Source: Candidatus Thorarchaeota archaeon (GTDB taxonomy: Archaea > Asgardarchaeota > Thorarchaeia > Thorarchaeales > Thorarchaeaceae). Taken from it: a DNA stretch of 16,786 bases. Positions within the stretch are counted from its first letter, which is position 1. Each line of letters starts with the position of its first letter. The notes below the pieces were generated by a model that saw only the letters and a list, made by a program, of their open reading frames with translations, made no database searches and was not told the DNA's origin. The DNA lies in the NCBI GenBank assembly GCA_046758445.1, contig JBHIAE010000058.1:1-16786 (forward strand), read 5' to 3'. Both the position numbers and the translations under genes were made by a program. Below are positions 16,005 through 16,786 of the stretch, piece after piece.

Positions 16005-16784
16005 CTATATGTCCTGCCAGTCTTTGTGCTTTGATAGAGTCTTGAGAAGTGTTTGAAAGTCCTCGGGACTAAGCTTTGCCAACTCTTCAAGGTCAACCTC
16101 GCTCATGGCCTGTAGACGTTTGTCTGAGATTGACTCTCGTACATGACTCGGGAGAGCATCAATCAGTTCGCTCTTTGTGAGCGGCCTTGAAACCTCCTGT
16201 AGAGCTTCTGGTATCAGCTTAGCTGAATCGTCAATCACAATTCTGTCTGTACCGGCTTCATCCGCAATTGAACCCATGAGTTCCTCAAGCTGGTCGGGCG
16301 TAAGCCTAGACAAGTCCTCTAGATCCTCAACTTCCAGCTGTCTGAGTTCTTCTTCAAAGAAGCGTTCTTTCACATGGGCTGGAAGTGCTTGAATCCAGTC
16401 TGCCTTTGTGAGGGGAACACTTGTTTCGAGCGCTTCATCTATTCGTCCTAGCTCTATTAGTGCCTCGGACATCATTCTGCTGAACTCCAGGTCTGAGGGC
16501 TCAGTAGGTTCTATCGGAGCTTCGATGGGTTCTCCGACCTCTTCAGCAGCACGGACAGAGATTACCTCCTCTAACTCATCTTTGAAGGCGTCCATGTCAA
16601 CCTCTTCAGCCTCTTCGACTTCCTCTACCTCGGGCTCAGGAACTACCTCTTCGACTTCCTCTACCTCGGGCTCAGGAACTACCTCTTCGACTTCTTCTAC
16701 CTTGGGTTCTGGAATGGCTTCTTCGACTTCCTCTACCTTGGGTTCTGGAATGGCTTCTTCGACTTCCTCTACCTTGGGTTCTGG
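16005..16784 (-). CDS. Acidic Pro/Glu/Val/Lys-rich repeat protein with duplicated C-terminal helical module (5'-partial)
   Basis: The frame of ORF 16005..16595 stays open through the tandem repeats to the window end, reading (AIPEPKVEEVEE)n(VVPEPEVEEVEE)2 AEEVDMDAFK... Confidence 0.85.
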   Translation of the reverse strand, partial: PEPKVEEVEEAIPEPKVEEVEEAIPEPKVEEVEEVVPEPEVEEVEEVVPEPEVEEVEEAEEVDMDAFKDELEEVISVRAAEEVGEPIEAPIEPTEPSDLEFSRMMSEALIELGRIDEALETSVPLTKADWIQALPAHVKERFFEEELRQLEVEDLEDLSRLTPDQLEELMGSIADEAGTDRIVIDDSAKLIPEALQEVSRPLTKSELIDALPSHVRESISDKRLQAMSEVDLEELAKLSPEDFQTLLKTLSKHKDWQDI

Positions 16785-16786
16785 AA
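16611..16786. repeat. Coding tandem repeat, 36-bp unit, at least 4.9 copies in two variants
   Basis: Units 16611-16646 and 16647-16682 are identical (ctcttcgacttcctctacctcgggctcaggaactac). Units 16683-16718, 16719-16754 and partial 16755-16786 are the variant yTCTTCGACTTCyTCTACCTTGGGTTCTGGAATGGC. No spacers. Confidence 0.97.

Noticed and set aside
16611-16786. 36-bp repeats as a CRISPR array
   Set aside because: Units are directly adjacent with no unique spacers, the length is a multiple of three, and they translate in frame with the downstream ORF.

Overview
Archaeal, mostly housekeeping window. The archaeal assignment rests on an ATP-dependent DNA ligase, ribosomal protein eS17, a group II chaperonin, TATA-like boxes and GGAGG/GGTGA Shine-Dalgarno (SD) sites; an Asgard/Thorarchaeia-like origin is my impression only and was not tested. 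Gene order: 3' end of a histidine kinase (+); PTPS/QueD-family enzyme and DNA ligase (-); eS17, an orphan beta-class DNA methyltransferase, a DinB-like protein and a small membrane protein (+); a five-gene central-carbon operon korA-korB-fumC-sdhA-sdhB without membrane anchor subunits (-); a small exported protein (-); thermosome, an uncharacterised archaeal P-loop NTPase and thioredoxin reductase (+); and the 3' end of a very acidic protein with 36-bp tandem repeats of PEVK-like composition and a duplicated C-terminal helical module (-). I found no RNA genes, CRISPR array or mobile element. No novel multi-gene system can be demonstrated from sequence alone. The best leads are the PEVK-like repeat protein, the Cys-less ExxHGH (PTPS-III-type) pterin enzyme with a structured leader, the anchor-less SdhAB in the kor-fum-sdh operon, the pilin-like glycoprotein and the palindromes upstream of the thermosome and kor operon.
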